64,000 bases of DNA from NCBI GenBank assembly GCA_030917865.1, contig JAUPTX010000001.1, positions 365-64,364 on the forward strand. The letters run 5' to 3'. The DNA is from Patescibacteria group bacterium (GTDB taxonomy: Bacteria; Patescibacteriota; Minisyncoccia; Phycocordibacterales; CSBR16-119). Both the position numbers and the translations under genes were made by a program. Below the pieces are notes generated by a model. The model was not told the DNA's origin, searched no databases, and was given only the letters and a program-made list of their open reading frames with translations. Shown piece after piece: positions 26,062 to 34,072 of the stretch (position 1 is the stretch's first letter; each line of letters starts with the position of its first letter).

Positions 26062-27237
26062 TTATTTTCTAGCTTTTATTTTAGCTTTTAGTTCCTGGGC
26101 GGCTTTTATGTACCCACCGTCTGTTCCGTCTATGAAATTTATATATTCTTTTTCTCTTTTATGGACATAGCAGGTGATGGTCGTAGATTCGGTACCAAAA
26201 TGACCAAAAAGTATTTCACCACTTTTTTCTCTTCTTTGTAATTTTTTGAGCAACTCTTCTTTTTGTTTTTTGGTTCCGGCTATTATTGTTTTTAAAGCTC
26301 CGTCGATTTTTAGTGTATCTGTCGCAGTGGCAATATCTCCATGAATATAGTCTTCGTGGATTTGTATTGGAAGTTTGATGTTTGATTTAATATATACCTT
26401 GCTCAAGAAAGATTTAACCATCTGAAATCCGGTGTATAGAATATTTAATCTTCCATATTTTATTTTCGAAGCCTTTGAAAGAGTTTTAAAATCAGAGCTG
26501 TGTCCGATTTCTTTTTCTCCGACAGGATGCCTTCTTTTAAAAGAACCATAAACTTCTTCTATATCTTCTAGGATTTTTTTGTAAGTTATTGTTTGACCTT
26601 TTTGTTTTAATGGTTGAACTATCAAAACAAGAATGTTTTTTTTGTGTGACGGTGGCTCTATTTCGTTCCATCTACATTGAAGACCAGAAAGGTTTAGCTT
26701 CCTTTCTTCTCCTTCTTTTCTTGAAAGAAATCTTTTGTCGCTCTTGATGATTTTTTCTGCTTGAGCAAGTCCGACGCCTAAAAAGATTGCTTGAGTGTAA
26801 TCTTCTACAATTTTTATTTTCGCAACTTTTAATCTGTGTCCGTATTTTTTAAGATTTTCTATAGAAATAGATCCAACACGAAGCGAAAGTTTGAAGTTGT
26901 ATTTTGCATTGTTTCGGAGAGTTGTTAATGCCTCTAAAACTTCATCTAAAATTTTTCCTGGAATAACCATCGATGCGCCGTCGCCACCGTAAATAAAAGG
27001 AATTTCGATTCCGTATTTGTCTGCGACGTTTAGTGCGATGATAATCGAGCTGGCAGATATAATATTCATTTCTTTGTATTTGCCGTTGTTGAATTCGTCT
27101 GTTGAGTTTTCGATATCTGTGACAACTATGTGCCAGTCGTTCGGAACACTTTTAAAATACGACTCTTCTGTAAGAGCTTCTTCTAGCTGTGTTTTAATCA
27201 CAGGAATTTGTTTGTAGAAATTTTCTGTGTTTATCAT
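26062..27237 (-). CDS. DUF3095-like protein (putative nucleotidyl-cyclase-like fold)
   Basis: HIVVTDIENST ... PFIYGGDGASMVIP resembles the class III cyclase metal-binding pattern. The call rests on recollection of the family. Confidence 0.45.
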   Translation of the reverse strand: MINTENFYKQIPVIKTQLEEALTEESYFKSVPNDWHIVVTDIENSTDEFNNGKYKEMNIISASSIIIALNVADKYGIEIPFIYGGDGASMVIPGKILDEVLEALTTLRNNAKYNFKLSLRVGSISIENLKKYGHRLKVAKIKIVEDYTQAIFLGVGLAQAEKIIKSDKRFLSRKEGEERKLNLSGLQCRWNEIEPPSHKKNILVLIVQPLKQKGQTITYKKILEDIEEVYGSFKRRHPVGEKEIGHSSDFKTLSKASKIKYGRLNILYTGFQMVKSFLSKVYIKSNIKLPIQIHEDYIHGDIATATDTLKIDGALKTIIAGTKKQKEELLKKLQRREKSGEILFGHFGTESTTITCYVHKREKEYINFIDGTDGGYIKAAQELKAKIKARK

Positions 27238-27303
27238 CTGGTTATATTATATCAGGGCAGGGGTGGAATTAACTGTGTATTTGTGGTAATCTGGTGTTCA
27301 TAC

Positions 27304-27390
27304 GGAGACGTGTCAGAGTGGTCTAATGTGCCTCCTTGCTAAGGAGGTGGGCTTTAATCGGCCCCGAGAGTTCGAATCTCTCCGTCTCCG
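27304..27390 (+). tRNA. tRNA-Ser (anticodon GCU), class II
   Basis: Acceptor GGAGACG/CGTCTCC, anticodon arm CCTCC-TTGCTAA-GGAGG, long variable arm, T-arm GAGAG-TTCGAAT-CTCTC, discriminator G. The D-stem is weak (T10 opposite T25). Confidence 0.85.
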
Positions 27391-27416
27391 CAAAAGTCGA
27401 GCAAAGCGAGAGTTTT

Positions 27417-27606
27417 GCGGAGACGAGCAAAATACATTTATGTATTTTGTGTGAGGATTCGAAAGACGGAGGCGGTATACAAGACGAGCGAAGCGAGTGC
27501 TTGTCGCCGAGTCCGGGGAGGAAGTTCTTAATAAATTATGATCCGCCATGGGCGGAGAAATAATTTATTTAGAAACTTGACCCCGAATCTCTACGTCTCC
27601 GCACCA
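27417..27606 (+). other. 190-nt highly structured element closed by an acceptor-like stem and ending in ACCA (tRNA-derived remnant or ncRNA)
   Basis: GCGGAGACG (27417-27425) pairs with CGTCTCCGC (27594-27602), followed by ACCA. Internal hairpins lie at 27428-27449, 27483-27505 and 27530-27569. Confidence 0.4.
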
Positions 27607-27609
27607 CAT

Positions 27610-27696
27610 GGAGGATTGGGTGAGTGGCTTAAACCAGCGGTTTACTAAACCGCCGAGGGGTAAAACCCTCCGAGAGTTCGAATCTCTCATCCTCCG
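27610..27696 (+). tRNA. tRNA-Ser (anticodon ACU), class II
   Basis: Acceptor GGAGGAT/ATCCTCC, D-arm GGT/ACC, anticodon arm GCGGT-TTACTAA-ACCGC, variable stem GAGGG/CCCTC, T-arm GAGAG-TTCGAAT-CTCTC, discriminator G. Confidence 0.8.
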
Positions 27697-27771
27697 CATA
27701 TTTTAACGCAGTGAAAAAGAGCCCTCTAGGCTCTTTTTGTTTGAGTATAAAACTAATATATAATCAAATCC

Positions 27772-28383
27772 ATGGAAAATATTTCAACTTCGGTTATAGA
27801 ATTGATGCAGTCTGTTTCATATCCTATAAAAATTCTAATATTATCCCTTTTTTCTTTTGCAGAAGGTTTGCCTGTTATCGGAACTATTTTGCCTGGTGGA
27901 ACCATAGCCTTACTTGCCGGAGGACTTTCTTCGCAGGGTGTTTTGATTTCTCCTTTTGTTGTTGCTGTGGTTGTGGGTACGGCTGGGTTTTTGGGTGATA
28001 TGGTTGGGTTTTTCCTTGGAAGAAAATTTAGAAATATTTCTTGGATATCAAATTTAGTAACTCATGAAAAGTACAAAAAATCTTGGGATCTTTTTGATAG
28101 GCATTTGGCAATGGTGACAATATTTGGAAAGCTTTTGCCTGTTGTTCGTTCGACACCTTCTTTGTTTGCTGCAATAAAAGGCGTGCGCACGAGAAGATAT
28201 ATGGTCTATAGTTTGATTGGTTCTTATCTGTGGGGGTTTGCTGGGGTTTATGCTGGAAATATTTTTACTCAATATTTCGGTCCAAAATTTATAGGGATCA
28301 TCTTGGTTGTTTTAGTTGGTTCTGTTTTGGTAATTTCTATAAGAGCTTTAATAAAAAGAAAAATAAATTTGACCAAAGTTTAA
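27772..28383 (+). CDS. DedA family membrane protein
   Basis: FAEGLPVIGTILPGGTIALLAGGL, followed by the DedA-like topology. Confidence 0.75.
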   Translation: MENISTSVIELMQSVSYPIKILILSLFSFAEGLPVIGTILPGGTIALLAGGLSSQGVLISPFVVAVVVGTAGFLGDMVGFFLGRKFRNISWISNLVTHEKYKKSWDLFDRHLAMVTIFGKLLPVVRSTPSLFAAIKGVRTRRYMVYSLIGSYLWGFAGVYAGNIFTQYFGPKFIGIILVVLVGSVLVISIRALIKRKINLTKV

Positions 28384-28420
28384 ATAAATGCGATAAATAG
28401 GTCTGAAAAAAACGAGCACC

Positions 28421-28693
28421 ATGGAAGCAAGAGAAGAACTTACCCCGACAGAGTGGTTTTCTTTTCTTGAGAGAGAAGAGACCCGAGAATATGAGTGGAA
28501 AAGGATACTGGATAAATTCACTAACGACAGGTCTGCAATCCTTAACGCTTTTCTTGGTATGGAGGATGGTCAGGCAAAAGATGCCGTCGCAGTTCTTTTG
28601 GAGGACAGCTTTATGTATTTTCACCAAGAGCCTCAATACGAAGAGGCGATGCGTGTTGCAGGGACGGTCCCTCGTGACAGCGATATCATCTGA
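28421..28693 (+). CDS. Small acidic G+C-rich orphan protein (90 aa)
   Basis: MEAREELTPTEWFSFLEREETREYEWKRIL... It is followed by a GC-rich hairpin. A second frame is also open. Confidence 0.45.
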   Translation: MEAREELTPTEWFSFLEREETREYEWKRILDKFTNDRSAILNAFLGMEDGQAKDAVAVLLEDSFMYFHQEPQYEEAMRVAGTVPRDSDII

Positions 28694-28695
28694 GT

Positions 28696-28719
28696 GGGGC
28701 GGGCCTTTGGTCCGCCCCT
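28696..28719. terminator. GC-rich hairpin between convergent genes
   Basis: GGGGCGGGCC-TTTG-GTCCGCCCC followed by TTTATTTTT. Confidence 0.8.
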
Positions 28720-28725
28720 TTATTT

Positions 28726-29361
28726 TTAATGAGCTAATGTAAATCCATAAACTTTTTTAGCTCCAGCATTTTTCAAAATTTTCCTGGCCTCGAGAATGGT
28801 TGCGCCTGTTGTTGTTACATCATCTATTAAAATTAGAACTTTGTTTTTTATCTTATTTTTATTTTTAACTTCAAAAGAATTTTTAATATTATTTTTTCTT
28901 TCGTTTTTGTTCTTGATTTTGTTTTGGGATATATGGTTCGTCTTTTTGTATAGAATATTTGAATTTACTAAATCTTGATTTAAAGTTTTTGCTATAAATT
29001 CGGACTGATTGTAGCCTCTTTTGTTTAGACTTCTTTTTGTTATTGGGATTGGTATTAAAACAAAATCATTTTTTTTAATTTTATTTTTTTCTAGAAAAAA
29101 ATCGAATTCTTTTATGATTTCATTTTCGAGGTCTTCTAACACAGAATGCTTTTTATTAAATTTTAAAAACCAAATAATTTTCTTAACATTTTTATCTCTG
29201 TAGTTAAATATCGGGTGTATAAAATCTTCGGGAGTGCTATATATCTTTGGTAGGTTTTTAATACATTTTTCGCAAATCCAAAAATCGCTTAACCCGCACC
29301 CTATGCATTTTTTAGGGAACAGGAAAAGTAATATTTTTTTATAGATTTTGTTTATTAACAT
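28726..29361 (-). CDS. comFC: ComF family protein (ComFC-like phosphoribosyltransferase)
   Basis: N-terminal Cys pairs CIGCG...CEKC. C-terminal PRTase motif VLILIDDVTTTGATI. Confidence 0.8.
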   Translation of the reverse strand: MLINKIYKKILLFLFPKKCIGCGLSDFWICEKCIKNLPKIYSTPEDFIHPIFNYRDKNVKKIIWFLKFNKKHSVLEDLENEIIKEFDFFLEKNKIKKNDFVLIPIPITKRSLNKRGYNQSEFIAKTLNQDLVNSNILYKKTNHISQNKIKNKNERKNNIKNSFEVKNKNKIKNKVLILIDDVTTTGATILEARKILKNAGAKKVYGFTLAH

Positions 29362-29415
29362 TTAATATAATTTTACACAATTTATTTAAAATTACTCGTG
29401 GTATAATTGGAATAT

Positions 29416-30552
29416 ATGTCTAATCCACTTTCTTCGATTTTAGGAAAATTTAGCGGGCTTTTAAAAAGCAGTGGCGGCGATAGCGCTATCGGTGTTGATA
29501 TTGGTTCTTCTGCTATAAAAATTGTTCAAATTAAAAAAGAAAAAGGTCGTGCGATTTTAGAAACTTACGGCTCTCTTTCTATTGGTCCATATGCAGAGGG
29601 TCAGGTGGGCCAGGTTGTTCCTGTCTCAGAAGAGGCCCTCGTTGCTGCCCTAAACGACTTGTTAAAAGAATCTAACTCCACAACAAAAAATGCCGCCGTC
29701 TCAATACCTGCGTCTAACTCTTTAGTTTTCCTTATGGAGCTTCCTCGAAATGTTTTAGAGAAAGATATATCAAGCATCATACAAACAGAATCAAGAAAAT
29801 ACATCCCTGTGCCCATAACAGAAGTTTCTTTGGATTGGTGGATAATACCTAAAAGACCAGAAGATGGATACACAGACGATTCGCCAAAACCTGCAAAACA
29901 AGATATCAATCAAGAATCAACAAAAGTTCTTGTTGCAGCTATTCATAATGACACTCTTGCAAAATATCAGGGTTTTATCAAAAACGCCAAACTCGAAACA
30001 GATTTTTTTGAAATAGAAATGTTCAGTAACTTAAGAGCTGTGATAGGTCAGGAACTGGGAACTATAATGATCGTAGATATTGGTGCATCAAAAACAAAAG
30101 TTTCGATTATCGATCGTGGTGTAATTCAAGATTTTCACATGGTTAATAAAGCATCTCAAGACATTACGATATCTCTGTCGACAGGACTTCAGATACCTTT
30201 TCAGGATGCAGAAGATAATAAAAAAAGATACGGTATTTTAGAAAATCCTAAATATCCTAAAGCAAAAGAAATTATAATATCAACACTTGAATATATATTT
30301 TTTGAAATAAATAATGTAGTATTAAACTATGAGAAAAAGTATAACAAGAGTGTTTCCAAAGTTATACTAACAGGTGGAGGTGCAATGCTGCCAGGGATTA
30401 TGAATATTGCTCCTTCAAAATTCAGTACTGAAGTTGTTCTAGGTAATCCTTTTACAAAAATAGAAGCACCTGCTTTCTTGGAAAAAGTTTTAGCAGAATC
30501 AGGACCAGAATTTGGAGTTGCTGCGGGTCTTGCATTACGTAAATTAAGTTAA
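29416..30552 (+). CDS. pilM: Type IV pilus assembly protein PilM (actin-like ATPase)
   Basis: IGVDIGSSAIKIVQI ... DIGASKTKVSII ... LTGGGAMLPGI. Confidence 0.85.
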   Translation: MSNPLSSILGKFSGLLKSSGGDSAIGVDIGSSAIKIVQIKKEKGRAILETYGSLSIGPYAEGQVGQVVPVSEEALVAALNDLLKESNSTTKNAAVSIPASNSLVFLMELPRNVLEKDISSIIQTESRKYIPVPITEVSLDWWIIPKRPEDGYTDDSPKPAKQDINQESTKVLVAAIHNDTLAKYQGFIKNAKLETDFFEIEMFSNLRAVIGQELGTIMIVDIGASKTKVSIIDRGVIQDFHMVNKASQDITISLSTGLQIPFQDAEDNKKRYGILENPKYPKAKEIIISTLEYIFFEINNVVLNYEKKYNKSVSKVILTGGGAMLPGIMNIAPSKFSTEVVLGNPFTKIEAPAFLEKVLAESGPEFGVAAGLALRKLS

Positions 30553-30554
30553 TT

Positions 30555-31172
30555 ATGGATAAAGAGTTTCAAACATCTTTTATACCGAAGAAGACAATAG
30601 TCGAATCTCCTAAGAGGGTTAGGAGCGGAGGTGGGATTATAAATCTCATATCTTTTATTGTTTTTGTTGCGTCTCTTTTATCTGCTGGCGGAGCTTATCT
30701 TTATAGAAATTCAGTAGAATCAGATATTGCAGAGTTTAAAAGATCTTTACAGATAGCTAAAAATCAATTTGAACCAAGCTTAATAGAAGAGCTTCAGGTT
30801 TTGGATAAAAGATTAAACGCAGCTACTACAATTTTAAATAAGCACGTCGCTGTTTCTCCTATATTTGTTTTACTCCAAGATATAACTCTACCAACTGTTA
30901 GATATTCTGATTTTACTTATGAAATAGATTCGTCTACAAGTCTTGTGAATATAGAAATGAAAGGTGAGGCAAAAGGTTACAACTTTATCGCTCTTCAAGC
31001 TGATTTATTTAGTGATAATAAATTTATAAAAAATCCTATCTTTTCTGATTTTATTTTAGATCAAACTGGAAACATAGATTTCAATCTTTCTTTTAGTGTA
31101 GACAAGTCTTTAATTTCTTATGAATCATTTATAGATAGAGAACAACCAACATTAGGAGATAATCAAATTTAG
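30555..31172 (+). CDS. PilN-like bitopic pilus alignment protein
   Basis: Single TM helix (IINLISFIVFVASLLSAGGAYLY) followed by a coiled-coil region. It occupies the position after pilM. Confidence 0.55.
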   Translation: MDKEFQTSFIPKKTIVESPKRVRSGGGIINLISFIVFVASLLSAGGAYLYRNSVESDIAEFKRSLQIAKNQFEPSLIEELQVLDKRLNAATTILNKHVAVSPIFVLLQDITLPTVRYSDFTYEIDSSTSLVNIEMKGEAKGYNFIALQADLFSDNKFIKNPIFSDFILDQTGNIDFNLSFSVDKSLISYESFIDREQPTLGDNQI

Positions 31173-31174
31173 TT

Positions 31175-31801
31175 ATGAGATGGCTTTTACCTTTAATTTT
31201 AATAGGTGGCGGTATAGCGGGCTTTTTGCTTGTGACTCAACCTATATATGAAGAAGCTTCTAATTTAAAAATAGAAGCTGATAAATACAACGAAGCTCTT
31301 TCAAATGCTAAAATTTTACAACAAGAAAGAGACAGGCTCACAGAAAAATTCAATAGTCTTAATCCAGAATATTTAGCTAGGCTTGAAAAAATTGTTCCAG
31401 ACAGCGTGGATAATATAAAACTTATTCTAGAGATTCAAGAAGTTGCTCAGGAAAGGGGTATTTTGGTTAAAAATGTTGAGTTTGAACCAGAGCAGTTTTT
31501 AGAACAAGACCCAGCTCAAACAGAAAACAATACAACAAATCAAAGACAGCAAACTGGAAATTTAAGAAGACCTGGGGCTGTTAGTAATCTAGATTATGAC
31601 GTTTACGATATCGAATTTTCTATAGAAGGCAAATATCCTGCTTTTGTTGAATTTATGAAGCTTCTCGAAAAGAGTTTGAGGGTTGTTGATGTTAGAGCTA
31701 TTTCTTTTACACCTGGAACATCTGAAGATCGTGATAAAATATACACAGATAATTATCGATATACTTTTAGAATAAATACATATCGACTAAAAGATTTATG
31801 A
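31175..31801 (+). CDS. PilO-like bitopic pilus alignment protein
   Basis: N-terminal TM helix followed by a coiled coil. The call rests on position. Confidence 0.5.
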   Translation: MRWLLPLILIGGGIAGFLLVTQPIYEEASNLKIEADKYNEALSNAKILQQERDRLTEKFNSLNPEYLARLEKIVPDSVDNIKLILEIQEVAQERGILVKNVEFEPEQFLEQDPAQTENNTTNQRQQTGNLRRPGAVSNLDYDVYDIEFSIEGKYPAFVEFMKLLEKSLRVVDVRAISFTPGTSEDRDKIYTDNYRYTFRINTYRLKDL

Positions 31802-32343
31802 GTAAAGGTTTAAAAACATTGTTAATATTTTTGATTATCGTTGTCGCTGGTGCGATAGCATATCTTCTTTTGGGAGAAGGTTTTTCTGTTCCAACTCCAA
31901 CTCTTTCTTCGCCACTGCAAACAAGTACCGGTCAACCTGTTTCTGGTCTTCAAGAGCAAAATGTTCCAGACGTTGATGCAGATCAAATCGGCCAAGAGTT
32001 TTTAACTCAACTTTTAAACATAAGATCTATTAAATTAAGAGATGACATTTTCAGTAGTCCAGCTTTCATATCTCTAACAGATTTTACAATAGAGCTTAAT
32101 CAGTTGGGTAACGAAGGAAGAGACAACCCATTTGCTCCTTTTGGTGTAGAAGGTTCTCCAATGACTGACCCTTCGCTTTCAATTGATTCATCAATTATAA
32201 ATTCAACAGATTTTCAAGTTAATCCAGCATCACCTCAGTCTACATCTTCACAATCTCAAGGCGGCGTAATGTTTGGTCCAGGAAGTGTAGAGCCAACCCC
32301 TTCATTTAATGAATTAAATAACGGAGGTGTAAACAATAGTTAA
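31798..32343 (+). CDS. Bitopic hypothetical protein of the pilus operon (PilP-like?)
   Basis: ATGA overlap with the upstream gene. It has an N-terminal TM helix, a GRDNPFAPF motif and a Ser/Pro-rich tail. Confidence 0.45.
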   Translation: MSKGLKTLLIFLIIVVAGAIAYLLLGEGFSVPTPTLSSPLQTSTGQPVSGLQEQNVPDVDADQIGQEFLTQLLNIRSIKLRDDIFSSPAFISLTDFTIELNQLGNEGRDNPFAPFGVEGSPMTDPSLSIDSSIINSTDFQVNPASPQSTSSQSQGGVMFGPGSVEPTPSFNELNNGGVNNS

Positions 32344-32345
32344 TT

Positions 32346-34064
32346 ATGAGCTTTGTTAAAGAACTCGTTGATCAAGGTTTGATATCTGATACCAAGTTAC
32401 AGTCTTTAATGAAGATTGCCGACGAAAAGTATGGTGGTGACATATATCAAGCCATATATAAAGAAACAGACCTTAATCAAGAGGCTATTTTGGATTTAAA
32501 AAGTAAATACTTTGGAATTCCAAAATTTTCTTTAGGTGGCCAAAAGCTAGATTCTTCTTTGCTTAATTTTATACCCGAAGAATCTGTCGTTCAGTATAAG
32601 ATTGCGCCAATCGGTTTCTCTGACAGTGTTTTAAATGTTGGAATAGTGGACCCTTCAAATACTCGCGCAGTTGATGCATTGCAGTTTATTTCTTCTAAAA
32701 ACGGAACTCCTTTTAAATTGTTTGTTATTTCTGACGCTGATTTTGCTGCGGTGATTGAAAATTATAAAGGTCTTGGTGGAGAAGTTGATTCTGCGTTATC
32801 TGACCTTGATTCTGAGTTAACAAAAGCAGACGAGAGTTTAAACAAGAAAGAAAACGAAACAGAAATAGATAAAAAGAAAATCGTCGAAGAGGCTCCTATA
32901 ATTAAAGTCGTGGCTGTTATTTTGCGTCACGCCGTAGAAGGTAGAGCGTCAGATATTCATATCGAAAGTACCGGAGAAAAAGTAAAAGTTCGTTTCCGTG
33001 TTGACGGAGAACTTCATACGTCTCTTACACTTCCAACAAAAGTTTATAGTGGGGTTGTCGCTCGTATAAAAATCTTAGCGAAGCTTCGTCTTGATGAAAA
33101 AAGAAAACCTCAAGATGGTGGTTTTTCTGCAAAAGTTAACGGAAGAAAAGTTGATTTCCGTGTTTCAACATTTCCAGCCTATTATGGAGAAAAAGTTGTG
33201 ATGCGTATTTTGGATACAGAAAAAGGTATTAAAACTCTGGAAGACTTAAACCTAAGAGAGGAGCACTACGATATGATCAAAGAGGCTCTTAATGCTCCAT
33301 ACGGAATTATTTTGATCACAGGTCCTACTGGTTCTGGTAAAACTACTACTCTTTATGCGATGCTAAATGCATTAGACAAAGAAGGTAAGAATGTAGTTTC
33401 TTTGGAAGATCCAGTTGAATATGTAGTTGACGGAGTGAGTCAATCTCAAGTTATGCCTGAGATTGGTTACACTTTCGCATCCGGACTTCGATCGATTTTG
33501 CGACAAGATCCAGACGTTATATTGGTTGGAGAAATTCGAGACAAAGAAACAGCAAAACTTGCAATACAAGCCGCTCTTACTGGGCACTTGGTGCTTTCAA
33601 CTCTCCACACCAACAATGCCGCTGGTGTTATTCCTCGTCTTATCGACATGGAAGTTGATCCTTATCTTATCGCGCCAACGCTTCGACTTGCTATGGCTCA
33701 ACGTCTGGCAAAAGCTACATGTGAAGATGCCAAAAAAGAAGTTCCATTAGACGAACCAACTAAGGCTATGCTTTCAGAGCAGTTTAAGGATTTACCAGAA
33801 CAATACAAATCAAAGTTAAACATAAAAAATACAATGCTCCAGACTGTTCCATCAAAGACTTGTCCGTCTGGAACACGTGGGAGGGCCGCTGTGTTTGAAA
33901 TGTTCCCAATAGATAAAGATATTGAAAAAATAATCTTAGAAAATCCAACAGAACTTGGCATACAGAAAATGATTAGAGAGAAAGGAATGCTTTCAATGAA
34001 AGAGGATGCGATATTAAAATCATTACGAGGCGATATCCCAATGCAAGAAGTTTATAATTTTTAA
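32346..34064 (+). CDS. pilB: Type IV pilus assembly ATPase PilB (GspE family)
   Basis: Walker A GPTGSGKTTTLYA, Asp box, Walker B ILVGEIRD, His box LSTLHTN. Confidence 0.93.
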   Translation: MSFVKELVDQGLISDTKLQSLMKIADEKYGGDIYQAIYKETDLNQEAILDLKSKYFGIPKFSLGGQKLDSSLLNFIPEESVVQYKIAPIGFSDSVLNVGIVDPSNTRAVDALQFISSKNGTPFKLFVISDADFAAVIENYKGLGGEVDSALSDLDSELTKADESLNKKENETEIDKKKIVEEAPIIKVVAVILRHAVEGRASDIHIESTGEKVKVRFRVDGELHTSLTLPTKVYSGVVARIKILAKLRLDEKRKPQDGGFSAKVNGRKVDFRVSTFPAYYGEKVVMRILDTEKGIKTLEDLNLREEHYDMIKEALNAPYGIILITGPTGSGKTTTLYAMLNALDKEGKNVVSLEDPVEYVVDGVSQSQVMPEIGYTFASGLRSILRQDPDVILVGEIRDKETAKLAIQAALTGHLVLSTLHTNNAAGVIPRLIDMEVDPYLIAPTLRLAMAQRLAKATCEDAKKEVPLDEPTKAMLSEQFKDLPEQYKSKLNIKNTMLQTVPSKTCPSGTRGRAAVFEMFPIDKDIEKIILENPTELGIQKMIREKGMLSMKEDAILKSLRGDIPMQEVYNF

Positions 34065-34072
34065 TTAATTTT

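Noticed and set aside
27509-27524. GAGTCCGGGGAGGAAG, which resembles the SRP RNA helix 8 (GUCCGGAAGGAAGC) or RNase P P4 (GAGGAAAGUCCGGG) motifs
   Set aside because: The order and pairing partners do not reproduce either conserved structure. At about 190 nt the element is too short for RNase P RNA, and the flanks do not form an SRP-like closing helix.
27313-27563. Two mutually antisense ORFs (78 aa on the minus strand, 75 aa on the plus strand)
   Set aside because: Both start inside tRNA-Ser(GCU) and run through the hairpin-rich spacer. Palindromic RNA-like sequence explains the open frames on both strands.
28796-29203. Low-complexity repetitive stretch (possible repeat array)
   Set aside because: It is the antisense of the Lys/Asn-rich linker of comFC. 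It has no regular repeat-spacer periodicity, so it is not a CRISPR array.
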